From Candidatus Rokuibacteriota bacterium (GTDB lineage Bacteria; Methylomirabilota; Methylomirabilia; Rokubacteriales; CSP1-6), in assembly GCA_016179875.1 (NCBI GenBank), contig JACPCH010000020.1, positions 1 through 52,090 of the forward strand: 52,090 nucleotides of DNA. The letters run 5' to 3'. Each line of letters begins with the position of its first letter. The stretch's first letter is position 1. The translations under genes were made by a program, and so were the position numbers. Below are positions 28,492 through 37,223 of this stretch, piece after piece. A model generated the notes under the pieces. The model saw only the letters and a list, made by a program, of their open reading frames with translations, ran no database searches and had not been told where the DNA came from.

Positions 28492-29432
28492 GCCGCGGGC
28501 GGCCGCGACGCCAGGGCGGGGCCCTGGTCGCCGTCGCGGCGCTGCTGCTCGTGGCGGGGGCGGCGGTCGTGCTCTCGAACCCGCGCCACCGGGCCTTCTA
28601 CCTGGGCTTCGCCGCTCCCGATCCGCCGGCGCCGGGCGCGGGCGCCGCGGAGCGCCCCGGCCGCGCGCTGCCGCGGGCGCCGTTCCGGCTGCCGGGAGGC
28701 TTCTCCGACCCGGCGTCGGCGCCGGAGATCTCCCCCGTGGCCGCGGTGGCGCCCGGCCGCCACGTGCCACGGCCCGACGCCGGCGGGCGCATCGTGGTGC
28801 CGGTCACCGACCGCGCGCCGTTCCGCCTCCCGGCCGAGGGCGTGCCCGCCGGCTGGGCGCTCCGTGAGTTCGCGGGCCGTGCGACGGTCGAGCTGGTCCG
28901 CGCCGACGCGGGGTTCGCACTGCGGCTCCGGAGCGTGCACACGTCGTTCGCACTCCACCGCGACGTGATCGTGGACCTCCGGGAGTTCCCGTTCCTCGGC
29001 TGGACCTGGAAGGTCCGGCACCTGCCCGGCGCCGGCGACGTGCGCCAGCGGGCGACCGACGACCAGGCGGCGCAGGTCTACGTGATCTTTCCGCGCTGGC
29101 CGTCGCCGCTCACGGCGAGCGACGTCATCGGGTACGTCTGGGACAGCCGCGCGCCTGTCGGCACGCGCGTCGTGAGCCCCACGGCGGGCAACGTGCGGAT
29201 TGTCGTCGTGGACTCGGGCGGCGCGGGCCTGGACGTCTGGCGGCGCCACGAGCGCAACGTCGCCGAGGACTACGCGGCCCTCTTCGGGCGCCGGCCGCCG
29301 CGCGTGGGGCAGGTGGCGGTCATGATCGACACCAACGACACACGGGGCGACGCCGAGGCCTGGTTCGGCGACCTCGTGTTCTCACGGGCACCGGTGGAAC
29401 ACACGGAAATCCCAACGTCTATGCTAAGATGA
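28488..29432 (+). CDS. DUF3047-like membrane-anchored protein
   Basis: GTGA overlap with der. N-terminal TM segment (ALVAVAALLLVAGAAVVL). C-terminal region WTWKVRHLP...DDQAAQVYVIFPRW...VAVMIDTNDT resembles DUF3047 (recognised from memory). Confidence 0.55.
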   Translation: MSRGRPRRQGGALVAVAALLLVAGAAVVLSNPRHRAFYLGFAAPDPPAPGAGAAERPGRALPRAPFRLPGGFSDPASAPEISPVAAVAPGRHVPRPDAGGRIVVPVTDRAPFRLPAEGVPAGWALREFAGRATVELVRADAGFALRLRSVHTSFALHRDVIVDLREFPFLGWTWKVRHLPGAGDVRQRATDDQAAQVYVIFPRWPSPLTASDVIGYVWDSRAPVGTRVVSPTAGNVRIVVVDSGGAGLDVWRRHERNVAEDYAALFGRRPPRVGQVAVMIDTNDTRGDAEAWFGDLVFSRAPVEHTEIPTSMLR

Positions 29433-30490
29433 CGCGCATGGCCGACGACGATCGTCAGAGCGACGAGCCGGACACGGACGAGTACGACGGCGACGAGGCG
29501 CGGTCGATCTTCTCGGCGATCTGGTTCCGGGTCGTCCTGGTCGTCATCGTCCTCGGCGTCGCCGCCGCCGTCGCCGTCCCGTACGTTCTCGAATGGGTGA
29601 ACCCGCCGGCGCCGAAGCCGACGACGGCGGCCAAGGTGGTCGTGCCGGCCGCCAAGGCTCCGGCGGCGCCTGCGGCGGTGGCGCCCGTGGCCCCGCCGCC
29701 GCCGGCGCGCGTCACCGCCCAGCCCGCCCCGGCGCCGGCGCCCACCCCGCCGGTGATGCCCGCGCCTGCGCCGTCCGCACGGAAGGCGCCGCCCGCCACC
29801 GCCGCGCCGGCGCCCCCCGCCGACACGAGCGCGGTCGTGCCGAAGAGCGCGGAGCCGGCGAAGGCCCCCGCGGCGGTGCCGCGCCGCGCCGCGAAGGCCG
29901 CGGCGACGGTGAAGGTCGCGCCGGCGCGCACCGCGGCCGGCAGCGGTGCCTGGTTCGTGCAGGTGGGGGCCTTCAAGGATCCGGCGGCGGCGGCGCGCCT
30001 GGCGACGACGCTGCGTGAGCGGAAGTTCAAGGTGGAGGAGGCGGCGACGGAAGGCGCGGCGCCCGCGCGCGCGCCGGCGGGCGTGGGCGCCGGGAGCCCC
30101 GGCGACCGCTACGACGTCTTCGTCTCGGGCGGCGCGCCGGCCGAGGTCACCGCGCGGCTCACCGCCAAGGGGCTCGCGGCCGAGGCGTCGGGCGCCGGCG
30201 TCGTGGTGAAGCCGAGCCTCCCGCTGCGCGACGCGGTCGCGCTCTCGAAGGACCTCGCCGCCGAGGGCTTCAAGGTGCAGGTGCGCCGCGCCGGCGGCGC
30301 CGCCCCGGCGGCCGCCGCCAAGGCGCCGGCGCCCCGGGCGCCGGCGGCAGCGGTGGCCACGGCGGCGGGCGACGACGGCCTCACCCGCGTGCGCGTGGGG
30401 CCGTATCCGACCCGGGCGGCGGCGACGGCGGCGCAGCGCGACCTCGAGGCGCTCGGCTACAAGGCGTTCATCGCGCGGGGCGGGTCGTGA
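29429..30490 (+). CDS. SPOR-domain (peptidoglycan-binding) protein with Pro/Ala-rich linker
   Basis: 353 aa. TM segment, long PA-rich low-complexity region, and two SPOR-like repeats (WFVQVGAFKDPAAAARLATTL... and RVRVGPYPTRAAATAAQRDLEALGYKAFI). Confidence 0.7.
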   Translation: MTRMADDDRQSDEPDTDEYDGDEARSIFSAIWFRVVLVVIVLGVAAAVAVPYVLEWVNPPAPKPTTAAKVVVPAAKAPAAPAAVAPVAPPPPARVTAQPAPAPAPTPPVMPAPAPSARKAPPATAAPAPPADTSAVVPKSAEPAKAPAAVPRRAAKAAATVKVAPARTAAGSGAWFVQVGAFKDPAAAARLATTLRERKFKVEEAATEGAAPARAPAGVGAGSPGDRYDVFVSGGAPAEVTARLTAKGLAAEASGAGVVVKPSLPLRDAVALSKDLAAEGFKVQVRRAGGAAPAAAAKAPAPRAPAAAVATAAGDDGLTRVRVGPYPTRAAATAAQRDLEALGYKAFIARGGS

Positions 30491-30509
30491 GAGGGGGGGA
30501 ATCCTCACC

Positions 30510-30785
30510 GTGACCAAGAACGACCTGGTCAACGCGGTGGCGGCGCACGGGCTGTCCAAGCGCCAGTCGGCGTCCGTCGTGGAATCGGTCTTCGACATCA
30601 TCTTCCGGTGCTTCGAGCGGAGCGAGGACGTCAAGATCGTCGGCTTCGGCCACTTCCGCATCCGGCGCAAGGCCTCGCGGCGCGGCCGCAATCCCCAGAC
30701 GGGCGACTCGATCGAGATCACCGCCCGCAAGGTGCTCACCTTCAAACCGAGCAAGGGGCTCAAGCAACGGATCAACACGCGCTAG
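30510..30785 (+). CDS. ihfA: Integration host factor subunit alpha (HU/IHF family)
   Basis: 91 aa with GTG start after a GAGGGGGGGA RBS. MTKNDLVNAVA..., GFGHFRIRRKASRRGRNPQTGDSIEITARKVLTFKPSK. Confidence 0.85.
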   Translation: MTKNDLVNAVAAHGLSKRQSASVVESVFDIIFRCFERSEDVKIVGFGHFRIRRKASRRGRNPQTGDSIEITARKVLTFKPSKGLKQRINTR

Positions 30786-30802
30786 ATCCCGCGACGACGG
30801 AC

Positions 30803-31147
30803 GTTGCCGAGAAGCTCTACTACCGGATCGGCGAGGTCGAGGCGGTCACGGCGATCCCGGCGTACGTGCTGCGGTACTGGGAGTCCGAGTTCAAGCTGCT
30901 GCGCCCGAAGAAGAACCCGGCCGGCCAGCGGCTCTACCGGCGGCGCGACCTCGAGCTGGTGCAGCGGATCAAGGCGCTCCTGTACGAGGAGCGGCTCACG
31001 CTCGAGGGCGCCAAGAGGCGGCTCCAGGCGGACGCGCGCAAGCCGGCCGAGCAGCTCGAGCTCGGCATGAAGGAGGCGGCGTACGCGGAGGCGCTCCGGC
31101 GCGTCCGCGACCGGCTCCAGGCGCTCCGGGCGCGCCTGAGTTCTTGA
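30803..31147 (+). CDS. MerR-family HTH transcriptional regulator (start codon unresolved)
   Basis: Conserved MerR HTH KLYYRIGEVEAVTAIPAYVLRYWESEFKLLRPKKNPAGQRLYRRRDL begins about 30812. No ATG/GTG/TTG lies in frame between the ihfA stop and the HTH, so the 5' coordinate is approximate. Confidence 0.6.
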   Translation, partial: VAEKLYYRIGEVEAVTAIPAYVLRYWESEFKLLRPKKNPAGQRLYRRRDLELVQRIKALLYEERLTLEGAKRRLQADARKPAEQLELGMKEAAYAEALRRVRDRLQALRARLSS

Positions 31148-31186
31148 AGCGCCGGCGCATTTCTGCGAGAATCAACGGTCGACGGT

Positions 31187-31263
31187 CGGGGCGTGGCGCA
31201 GCCCGGTAGCGCACATGACTGGGGGTCATGGGGTCGCAGGTTCAAATCCTGTCGCCCCGACCA
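31187..31263 (+). tRNA. tRNA-Pro (anticodon GGG), CCA encoded
   Basis: Cloverleaf folded by hand: acceptor CGGGGCG/CGCCCCG, D-arm GCGC..GCGC, anticodon stem CATGA/TCATG with loop CU-GGG-GG, T-arm GCAGG-TTCAAAT-CCTGT, then ACCA. Confidence 0.9.
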
Positions 31264-31275
31264 TTTTTCTCTCCG

Positions 31276-32055
31276 ATGCCGCTTCTGCTGCTCACCAACG
31301 ATGACGGGGTCCACGCGTCCGGCCTCCAGGCGCTCGCGGACGCGCTGCGCGAGCTCGGCGACGTCTGGGTGCTCGCACCCGAGCGCGAGCAGAGCGCCTG
31401 CGGCCACGCGCTGACCCTGCACCGGCCGCTCCGCGTCGCCGAGGTGGGCGAGCGCCGGTTCGCGGTGAACGGCACGCCCTCGGACTGCGTGAACCTCGGC
31501 GTCCTGGGCTTCCTGCCCGAGCGGCCGGTCCTCGTGATGGCGGGCGTGAACCACGGCGCGAACCTCGGCGACGACGTGACGTACTCGGGCACGGTCTCGG
31601 CCGCGATGGAGGGCACCCTGCTCGGGGTCCCGTCCGTCGCCGTGTCGCTCGCCGACGGCGGCGACTTCGCCGCGGCGAGCCGCGTCGCGCGCCTCGTCGC
31701 GATGCGCGCGCTGGTCGCCGGGCTGCCGAAGCAGACCCTCCTCAACGTGAACGTCCCGGCCGGGACGGCGCGCGGCGTGCGCGTCACGCGCCTCGGCCAC
31801 CGGGTCTACAGCGAGAAGATCGTCGAGCAGACCGACCCGCGCGGGCGCGCGCACTACTGGATCGGCGCGGGCGACCCGCAGTGGGAGGACGTCGAGGGGA
31901 CCGACATGGGGGCCGTGCACGAGGGCTACGTGTCGGTCACGCCGCTGCACCTCGACCTCACGAACCACCGGGCGCTCGCCCGGCTCGCGGAGTGGCAGCA
32001 CGGCCTCTCCGCCCAGCTCCGCGGCGCCCCCCGGCCGCGCCCCCGGAGGCCCTAG
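31276..32055 (+). CDS. surE: 5'/3'-nucleotidase SurE
   Basis: ATG at 31276, 12 nt after the tRNA 3' end. MPLLLLTNDDGVHASGLQAL, GVNHGANLGDDVTYSGTVSAAMEG. Confidence 0.92.
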   Translation: MPLLLLTNDDGVHASGLQALADALRELGDVWVLAPEREQSACGHALTLHRPLRVAEVGERRFAVNGTPSDCVNLGVLGFLPERPVLVMAGVNHGANLGDDVTYSGTVSAAMEGTLLGVPSVAVSLADGGDFAAASRVARLVAMRALVAGLPKQTLLNVNVPAGTARGVRVTRLGHRVYSEKIVEQTDPRGRAHYWIGAGDPQWEDVEGTDMGAVHEGYVSVTPLHLDLTNHRALARLAEWQHGLSAQLRGAPRPRPRRP

Positions 32056-32712
32056 GTGGAGCGCGCGCGCGACCCCTACGAGCTCACCCGGGCGCGCATG
32101 GTCGAGGAGCAGCTCGCGAGGCGCGCGATCGCCGACGAGCGCGTGCTGGCGGCGATGCGGAAGGTGCCGCGCCACCTGTTCGTGGAGGAGGCCCTGCGCG
32201 ACCGCGCCTACGGCGACCATCCGCTCCCGATCGGCGAGGAGCAGACGATCTCGCAGCCCTACATCGTCGCGCTCATGACCGCGCTGCTCGAGCTGGCCGG
32301 GACGGCGAAGGTGCTCGAGATCGGCACGGGCTCCGGCTACCAGACGGCCGTGCTGGCCGAGCTCGCCCGCCGGGTGTGCTCGATCGAGCGGCTGCCGCGC
32401 CTGGCCGAGCGGGCCCGCGCGCTGCTGGAGGGCCTCGGCTACGACAACGTGTGGATCCGCGTCGGCGGCGGCACACTGGGCTGGCCCGACGAGGCGCCGT
32501 TCGACAGGATACTCGTCACGGCCGGCGGGCCGGCGGTGCCGCCGCCCCTGTTTCAGCAGCTCGCCGAGGGGGGGCGGATGGTGCTGCCGCTGGGCGACGA
32601 GGCGAACCAGACGCTGACCGTGGTCGACAAGGTCGGCGGCGAGATGAGGACGCGGACGCACGGCGAGTGCAAGTTCGTGAAGCTCGTCGGCAAGTACGCC
32701 TGGGACGCATGA
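32056..32712 (+). CDS. pcm: Protein-L-isoaspartate O-methyltransferase
   Basis: 218 aa with GTG start adjacent to the surE stop. QTISQPYIVALMTALL and SAM motif VLEIGTGSGYQTAVLA. Confidence 0.92.
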   Translation: MERARDPYELTRARMVEEQLARRAIADERVLAAMRKVPRHLFVEEALRDRAYGDHPLPIGEEQTISQPYIVALMTALLELAGTAKVLEIGTGSGYQTAVLAELARRVCSIERLPRLAERARALLEGLGYDNVWIRVGGGTLGWPDEAPFDRILVTAGGPAVPPPLFQQLAEGGRMVLPLGDEANQTLTVVDKVGGEMRTRTHGECKFVKLVGKYAWDA

Positions 32713-32735
32713 CGTGTACAATGGGACGGTCCTGG

Positions 32736-32812
<77 letters not shown>

Positions 32813-32825
32813 CCTCTTCCGCCGC

Positions 32826-32853
32826 CCGCCGGCCGGGCCCGCCCGGCCGGCGG
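32826..32853 (+). terminator. GC-rich perfect hairpin after tRNA-Pro (possible terminator or processing element)
   Basis: CCGCCGGCCGGG-CCCG-CCCGGCCGGCGG gives a 12-bp perfect stem with a 4-nt loop. No U-tract follows. Confidence 0.35.
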
Positions 32854-32883
32854 GGGGCCGCCCCGTCGCCCCGTCCGCGACCC

Positions 32884-33183
32884 GTGAACGAGCCCAGAAC
32901 GGCCGCCGAGATCGTCGTGGAGGGGCGCGTGCAGGGCGTCGGCTTCCGCGACTACGTCCAGCGCCGCGCGGCCGCGCTCGGCCTCGCCGGCTTCGTCATG
33001 AACCTCAAGGACGGCCGCGTGCGGGCGCGCGCGGAGGGGCCGCGCGCCCTCATCGAGGAGCTGGTGCGGGAGCTCGAGAAGGGCCCGCCGCTCTCGCGCG
33101 TCGCGCAGGTGAGCGTGCGCTGGCTGCCGCCGACGGGCCGCTACGCGTCGTTCGGCGTTCGGTACGCCGAGTTCGAGCCGTGA
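32884..33183 (+). CDS. acyP: Acylphosphatase
   Basis: 99 aa. VEGRVQGVGFRDYVQRRAAALGLAGFVMNLKDGRVRARAEG is the acylphosphatase signature. Confidence 0.88.
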   Translation: MNEPRTAAEIVVEGRVQGVGFRDYVQRRAAALGLAGFVMNLKDGRVRARAEGPRALIEELVRELEKGPPLSRVAQVSVRWLPPTGRYASFGVRYAEFEP

Positions 33184-34010
33184 GGGGTCGCGCGGGCCGC
33201 CACGCCCGCCGGATGGGGCTCGCCGCCCTCGGCCTGGCGCTGCTGGTGAGCCCCGCGCTCGCCCAGAAGAAGGAGCCGGCGAAGCCGGCCGCGCCCACCC
33301 GCGAGCCCGGATCCGCGCGCACGCACGAGGTGCGAGCCGGCGACACGCTCGGCGCGATCGCGCGCCGGTACGGCGTCACGGTGGCGGCGCTGGTCGCCGC
33401 CAATCGCCTCGCCGGCGACCGGGTCGTCCTGCGGCTCGGCCAGCGGCTCGTGGTCCCGCCGCCGTCCGCGGCGGGGAGCGCGCCGGCGAAGCCGGTCCGG
33501 GCCGCGGCGCGTGCCCCGGGGGCGCCCGCCGCCCCCCGTGCGCCCGCGAACCTCGCGCTCGCCGTCCCCGACTTTCCCGACGCGGCGCCGCCGTTCGCGT
33601 GGCCGGCCGAGGGCCCGGTGACCTCGGCGTTCGGCCGGCGGAAGAGCGGCTGGCACCGCGGCATCGACATCAAGGCCGAGCCCGGCACGCCGGTGCAGGC
33701 GGCGGCGGGGGGCGTCGTCGTCGCCAGCGGCGTCGAGGCGCGGTACGGCCGCGTCGTGAAGGTCGAGCACGACGGGGGCTTCGTGAGCGTGTACGCCCAC
33801 AACGAGGGGAACCGCGTGGAGGTGGGGGACCGCGTCGGCGCCGGCGAGACGATCGCCACCGTCGGGCGCACCGGGCGCGCGACGACGCACCACCTGCACT
33901 TCGAGATCCGCCGCGACGGCGTCGCCTGGAACCCGCTCTACCTGCTGCCGCTCCCGCCCCGGATCGCCCAGGTGGACGAGACCGAGGAGAACCCGCCCGA
34001 CGATGAGTGA
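33180..34010 (+). CDS. nlpD: LysM-domain M23 family metallopeptidase (NlpD-like)
   Basis: Lys[31 protein letters not shown]23 motifs [14 protein letters not shown] and HHLHFEI. An alternative ATG at 33213 would give a signal-peptide-like N-terminus. Confidence 0.85.
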   Translation: MRGRAGRHARRMGLAALGLALLVSPALAQKKEPAKPAAPTREPGSARTHEVRAGDTLGAIARRYGVTVAALVAANRLAGDRVVLRLGQRLVVPPPSAAGSAPAKPVRAAARAPGAPAAPRAPANLALAVPDFPDAAPPFAWPAEGPVTSAFGRRKSGWHRGIDIKAEPGTPVQAAAGGVVVASGVEARYGRVVKVEHDGGFVSVYAHNEGNRVEVGDRVGAGETIATVGRTGRATTHHLHFEIRRDGVAWNPLYLLPLPPRIAQVDETEENPPDDE

Positions 34011-34923
34011 CGCGGCCGAGGAGGCGATCCCCGACGAGCCGCTCGACGCGCTCGCCGACGCGGTGGACCAGGACGTCCGCGCGGAGACCCGGGAGACGAG
34101 CCGCGCCAACCTGCGCGTCTACCTCGGCGAGATCGCGCGGATCGCGCTGCTCTCGCGAGAAGCCGAGCAGGCCCTGGCGCGGCGGGTGCGGGCCGGGGAC
34201 GCCGAGGCCCAGGCGCGGCTCACCGAGGCGAATCTACGGCTGGTCGTGCAGGTCGCGCGGCGTTACCTGAACCGGGGCCTGCCGCTGCCGGACCTGATCG
34301 AGGAGGGCAACGTGGGGCTCCTGCGCGCGGTCGAGAAGTTCGACCCCGAGCGCGGCACGCGCTTCTCGACGTACGCGACGTGGTGGATCCGGCAGGCCAT
34401 CGTGCGGGCGCTCGCGAACCAGGCGCGGATGATCCGTCTGCCGGTGCACGTGGAGCTCCTCCTGGGCCGCTACGCCAGGGAGCGGCAGCGGCTCACCCAG
34501 GCGCTCGGCCGCGCGCCGACGGCCACCGAGCTGGCGGCGGCGCTCGGCACGAGCGTGGAGCAGCTGGAGGAGCTCGAGGAGATCCGGCGGCGGCCGGTAT
34601 CGCTCGACAGCCCGGTCGGGGCGGGGCAGGGACGGGTCGCCGATCTCGTGCGTGACCCATCGCCCGATCCGGCGGCGCAGCTCGGCGCGCTCCTGCGCGA
34701 GCGGGCCGGCCTCGTCTCGGTGCTCGACGACTTGGCCGCCAACGAGCGCACGGTGCTGCGGCGCCGCTTCGGGCTCGAGGGTGAGCCGGCCGAGACGCTC
34801 GAGGCGATCGGCCGGCGGCTCGGGCTCACGCGGGAGCGCGTGCGCCAGATCGAGGCCGCCGGCCTGCGCAAGCTCCGTGCGCTCCTGGCGGCGCGCGGCG
34901 TGGACGCGTCCGACCTGTCGTAG
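34003..34923 (+). CDS. RNA polymerase sigma factor, sigma-70 family group 2 (RpoS-like)
   Basis: 306 aa, overlaps the nlpD stop. Region 1.2 [19 protein letters not shown], region 2 [44 protein letters not shown], region 4 [20 protein letters not shown]. Confidence 0.88.
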   Translation: MSDAAEEAIPDEPLDALADAVDQDVRAETRETSRANLRVYLGEIARIALLSREAEQALARRVRAGDAEAQARLTEANLRLVVQVARRYLNRGLPLPDLIEEGNVGLLRAVEKFDPERGTRFSTYATWWIRQAIVRALANQARMIRLPVHVELLLGRYARERQRLTQALGRAPTATELAAALGTSVEQLEELEEIRRRPVSLDSPVGAGQGRVADLVRDPSPDPAAQLGALLRERAGLVSVLDDLAANERTVLRRRFGLEGEPAETLEAIGRRLGLTRERVRQIEAAGLRKLRALLAARGVDASDLS

Positions 34924-34999
34924 GCCGCCTCCGCGCAGCGCGAACGGCGGCGTGAAGAGCGCCCCCAGGTCCGCCATTTTGCAGTACGATGGCGTGTGG

Positions 35000-35076
35000 G
35001 CCCCGGTAGCTCAGGTGGACAGAGCAGCAGTTTCCTAAACTGCGTGCCGGGTGTTCGAGTCACCCCCGGGGCACCA
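35000..35076 (+). tRNA. tRNA-Arg (anticodon CCT), CCA encoded
   Basis: Acceptor GCCCCGG/CCGGGGC, D-arm GCTC..GAGC, anticodon stem GCAGT/ACTGC with loop UU-CCU-AA, T-arm GGGTG-TTCGAGT-CACCC, then ACCA. Confidence 0.9.
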
Positions 35077-35264
35077 ACACTTCAGCGCGACGGCGGCGGG
35101 CGCCCGTGGACGCGGCTGGTATCCTCGGAGCGATGGGGAGAGGCCGCCGGCGATGCCCGGGGGCGGGCGACGAGCCCGCGATGATCTCGTCGACGACCAT
35201 CTCGTCGGCTGCTTCCGCCACCGCGCCCGCCGGAGCCGCGCGTGAGGCGGCCGAGAAAGGCGCG

Positions 35265-36257
35265 ATGGCGATGAGAGCGCTGACGGCGGCGGTGCTCGTG
35301 GCGCTGACGGCGGGCGGCGCGTGGGCGGGAGGCTCGAACTACGCGATCGCGCCCGGCCGCCGGCCCGCGCCCGCGGGGAAGATCTCCGAGTGGCCCGTGC
35401 CGACGCCGCAGTTCGCGCGCGATCCGGCGCCGGGGCCCGACGGCAACATCTACGTCGCGGTGATGTCGGGAAACAAGATCGCGCGCTTCGACACCCGGGC
35501 GAAGACGTTCACGGAGTGGGACCTGCCGCCGGGCGCGCGCCCGCACGGGCTGCTGGTGGACCGCGCCGGCCAGGTCTGGTACACGGGCAACGGCAACGGG
35601 ACGATCGGCCGCCTCGACCCGCGGACCGGCCAGGTCACCGAGCACAAGGCGCCCTCGGGCGGCGACCCGCACACGCTCGTCATCGACGAGCGGGGCGTGA
35701 TCTGGTTCACGGTGCAGGGGGCCGGGCGCATCGGCCGTCTCGACACCGGGACGGGCGCGATCACCGAGTACGCGACGCGCGGCAACCCCTACGGGCTCGC
35801 GCTCGACCGCCAGGGCCACGTCTGGTTCTGCCAGCTCTCCGGCAACCGGCTCGGCCGGCTCGACCCGCGGACCGGCGCGATCACCGAGCTGGCGCTCGAG
35901 CGCGGCGCGCGGCCGCGGCGGATCGCCGCGGCGCCCGACGGCTCGCTCTGGGTCACGTACTACGGCACCGGCAAGCTCGTGCGCGTGGACCCGGTCGCGC
36001 GGAAGGTCGTCAAGGAGTACCCGCTGCCGGCCGGCACCGCGGGCGGGCCCTACGCGGTGACGGTGGACGGCGCGGGCGTGGTGTGGGCCAACGAGATCCA
36101 GACCGACACCGTCGTGCGGCTCGACCCGACGACGGACGTGCTCCGCGTCTTCCGGCTGCCCTCGTCGAACGTCGGCATCCGCAAGATGATCGTGGACGCC
36201 GACGGCCGGCTCTGGTACATGGGCAGTCACAACGGCCGGCTCGGCGTGATCGAGTAG
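35265..36257 (+). CDS. Secreted Vgb-family (virginiamycin B lyase-like) beta-propeller repeat protein
   Basis: ATG at 35265 after GAGAAAGG. Signal peptide MAMRALTAAVLVALTAGGAWA. About seven repeats of the pattern GxxxxGP(H/Y)G(L/V)xxDxxGxVW(Y/F)Txxxx(N/G)xIGRLDPxTGxxTE(Y/H). Confidence 0.7.
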   Translation: MAMRALTAAVLVALTAGGAWAGGSNYAIAPGRRPAPAGKISEWPVPTPQFARDPAPGPDGNIYVAVMSGNKIARFDTRAKTFTEWDLPPGARPHGLLVDRAGQVWYTGNGNGTIGRLDPRTGQVTEHKAPSGGDPHTLVIDERGVIWFTVQGAGRIGRLDTGTGAITEYATRGNPYGLALDRQGHVWFCQLSGNRLGRLDPRTGAITELALERGARPRRIAAAPDGSLWVTYYGTGKLVRVDPVARKVVKEYPLPAGTAGGPYAVTVDGAGVVWANEIQTDTVVRLDPTTDVLRVFRLPSSNVGIRKMIVDADGRLWYMGSHNGRLGVIE

Positions 36258-36307
36258 CCGGACCCGAGACGCGGACCGAGGGCAGGGCCGGGGCGCGGGA
36301 GGATTCG

Positions 36308-36622
36308 ATGGCGGACATGCAGCGCGTCAAGATCGCGGCGGCGCACGACGTGGCCCCCGGCGAGGGCCGGGTCGTGGAGGCGGCGGGCCGGACGCTGGCG
36401 CTCTTCAACGTGGACGGCACGTTCTACGCGATCGACAACACGTGCTCGCACCGCGGCGGGCCGCTCGGCGAGGGCGACCTCGACGGCCGGATCGTGACCT
36501 GCCCGTGGCACGCCTGGCGCTGGGACGTGACGACCGGCGCCAACGCCAACAACCCCGCGGTCCGGGTGCCGTGCTTCCCGGTGACGGTCGAGAACGGCGC
36601 GGTGTTCGTGACCCTTGGCTGA
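36308..36622 (+). CDS. Rieske [2Fe-2S] ferredoxin-like protein
   Basis: ATG at 36308 after GGGAGGA. CSHRGGPL ... CPWHAWRW (CxH...CxxH Rieske ligands). 104 aa. Confidence 0.85.
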   Translation: MADMQRVKIAAAHDVAPGEGRVVEAAGRTLALFNVDGTFYAIDNTCSHRGGPLGEGDLDGRIVTCPWHAWRWDVTTGANANNPAVRVPCFPVTVENGAVFVTLG

Positions 36623-36701
36623 CCGCGGGCGGGAACTTCGGCGGGCCGCCTCGCGTTACTTCCGCAGCAGGTCGAGATCCACACGGGAAGGGGGTGACTC
36701 C

Positions 36702-36947
36702 ATGCACCGAATCGCTCTGACGCTGGCCCTGATCGCGGCGGCCACGCTGCCGGTCGCGGCACCGGCCCTGGCCTCCCAGTGCCCCAAGCTGATCAACCAG
36801 ATCAACGGCGCCGCCGGCAACCGGCTCGACAACGCCGGCTATGCCGCGCGCGAGAAGGCCGCCGAGGCCGCGAAGCTCCACGCCGCCGGCAAACACGCCG
36901 ACTCCGTGAAGGCCGCCCAGGAAGGTCTGAAGATGCTCGGGATGTAG
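36702..36947 (+). CDS. Small secreted hypothetical protein (81 aa)
   Basis: ATG at 36702 after AAGGGGG. Signal peptide MHRIALTLALIAAATLPVAAPALA followed by an Ala/Lys-rich helical segment. I did not recognise any family. Confidence 0.5.
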   Translation: MHRIALTLALIAAATLPVAAPALASQCPKLINQINGAAGNRLDNAGYAAREKAAEAAKLHAAGKHADSVKAAQEGLKMLGM

Positions 36948-36968
36948 CACCGCCGTACCCGCTTCCCG

Positions 36969-37000
36969 CCCGGAGAGTGGTTTGCTTGACACTCTCCGGG
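36969..37000 (+). terminator. Hairpin, probable intrinsic terminator
   Basis: CCCGGAGAGTG-(10-nt loop)-CACTCTCCGGG gives an 11-bp perfect stem, 22 nt after the stop at 36947, followed by the pyrimidine-rich CAGCTTCTCT. Confidence 0.5.
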
Positions 37001-37013
37001 CAGCTTCTCTAGC

Positions 37014-37223
37014 ATGACTCGTGTGGATGCCCTGCAGGCCGTCCTGTCCGTTCCGCCGGTGATGGCCGGCGCGGTGCTCGCGGCGGGGCTCGGTCTCCTC
37101 CTCGGCTGGCGAACGTATCAGCGGTGCCCGCATTGCGGGCGGCTCGCCCGTCGCGTGACTCAGGGGTGGCGCCGCTGCCGCTCCTGCGGCCGGCAGTACC
37201 GAAAAGGACTCAGGCTGCGATGA
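37014..37223 (+). CDS. Small membrane-anchored zinc-ribbon protein (69 aa)
   Basis: Hydrophobic segment VMAGAVLAAGLGLLLGW followed by CPHC-x13-CRSC and a very basic tail. ATGA overlap with the bactofilin gene. The start is uncertain (alternative ATG at 37062). Confidence 0.5.
   Translation: MTRVDALQAVLSVPPVMAGAVLAAGLGLLLGWRTYQRCPHCGRLARRVTQGWRRCRSCGRQYRKGLRLR

Noticed and set aside
29560-30400. Highly repetitive-looking GC-rich DNA (GCGCCGGCG / CCCGCC words) that could be mistaken for a tandem repeat or array.
   Set aside because: It encodes the Pro/Ala-rich low-complexity linker of the SPOR protein in a continuous frame. There is no fixed repeat unit or spacer structure, so it is not CRISPR-like.
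30608-30802. ATG at 30608 as the start of the MerR-like gene (ORF 30608..31147).
   Set aside because: It would overlap ihfA by 178 nt out of frame and add an Arg/Gln/Pro-rich, non-conserved-looking N-terminus. It is kept only as a formal possibility in the start-codon finding.
35000-35264. tRNA-Arg 3' end as the attachment site of an integrated genomic island.
   Set aside because: No integrase, no phage or transposon genes, and no direct repeat of the tRNA 3' end that I could find downstream. Only the change in gene character supports it, so it is reported as a low-interest boundary observation instead.
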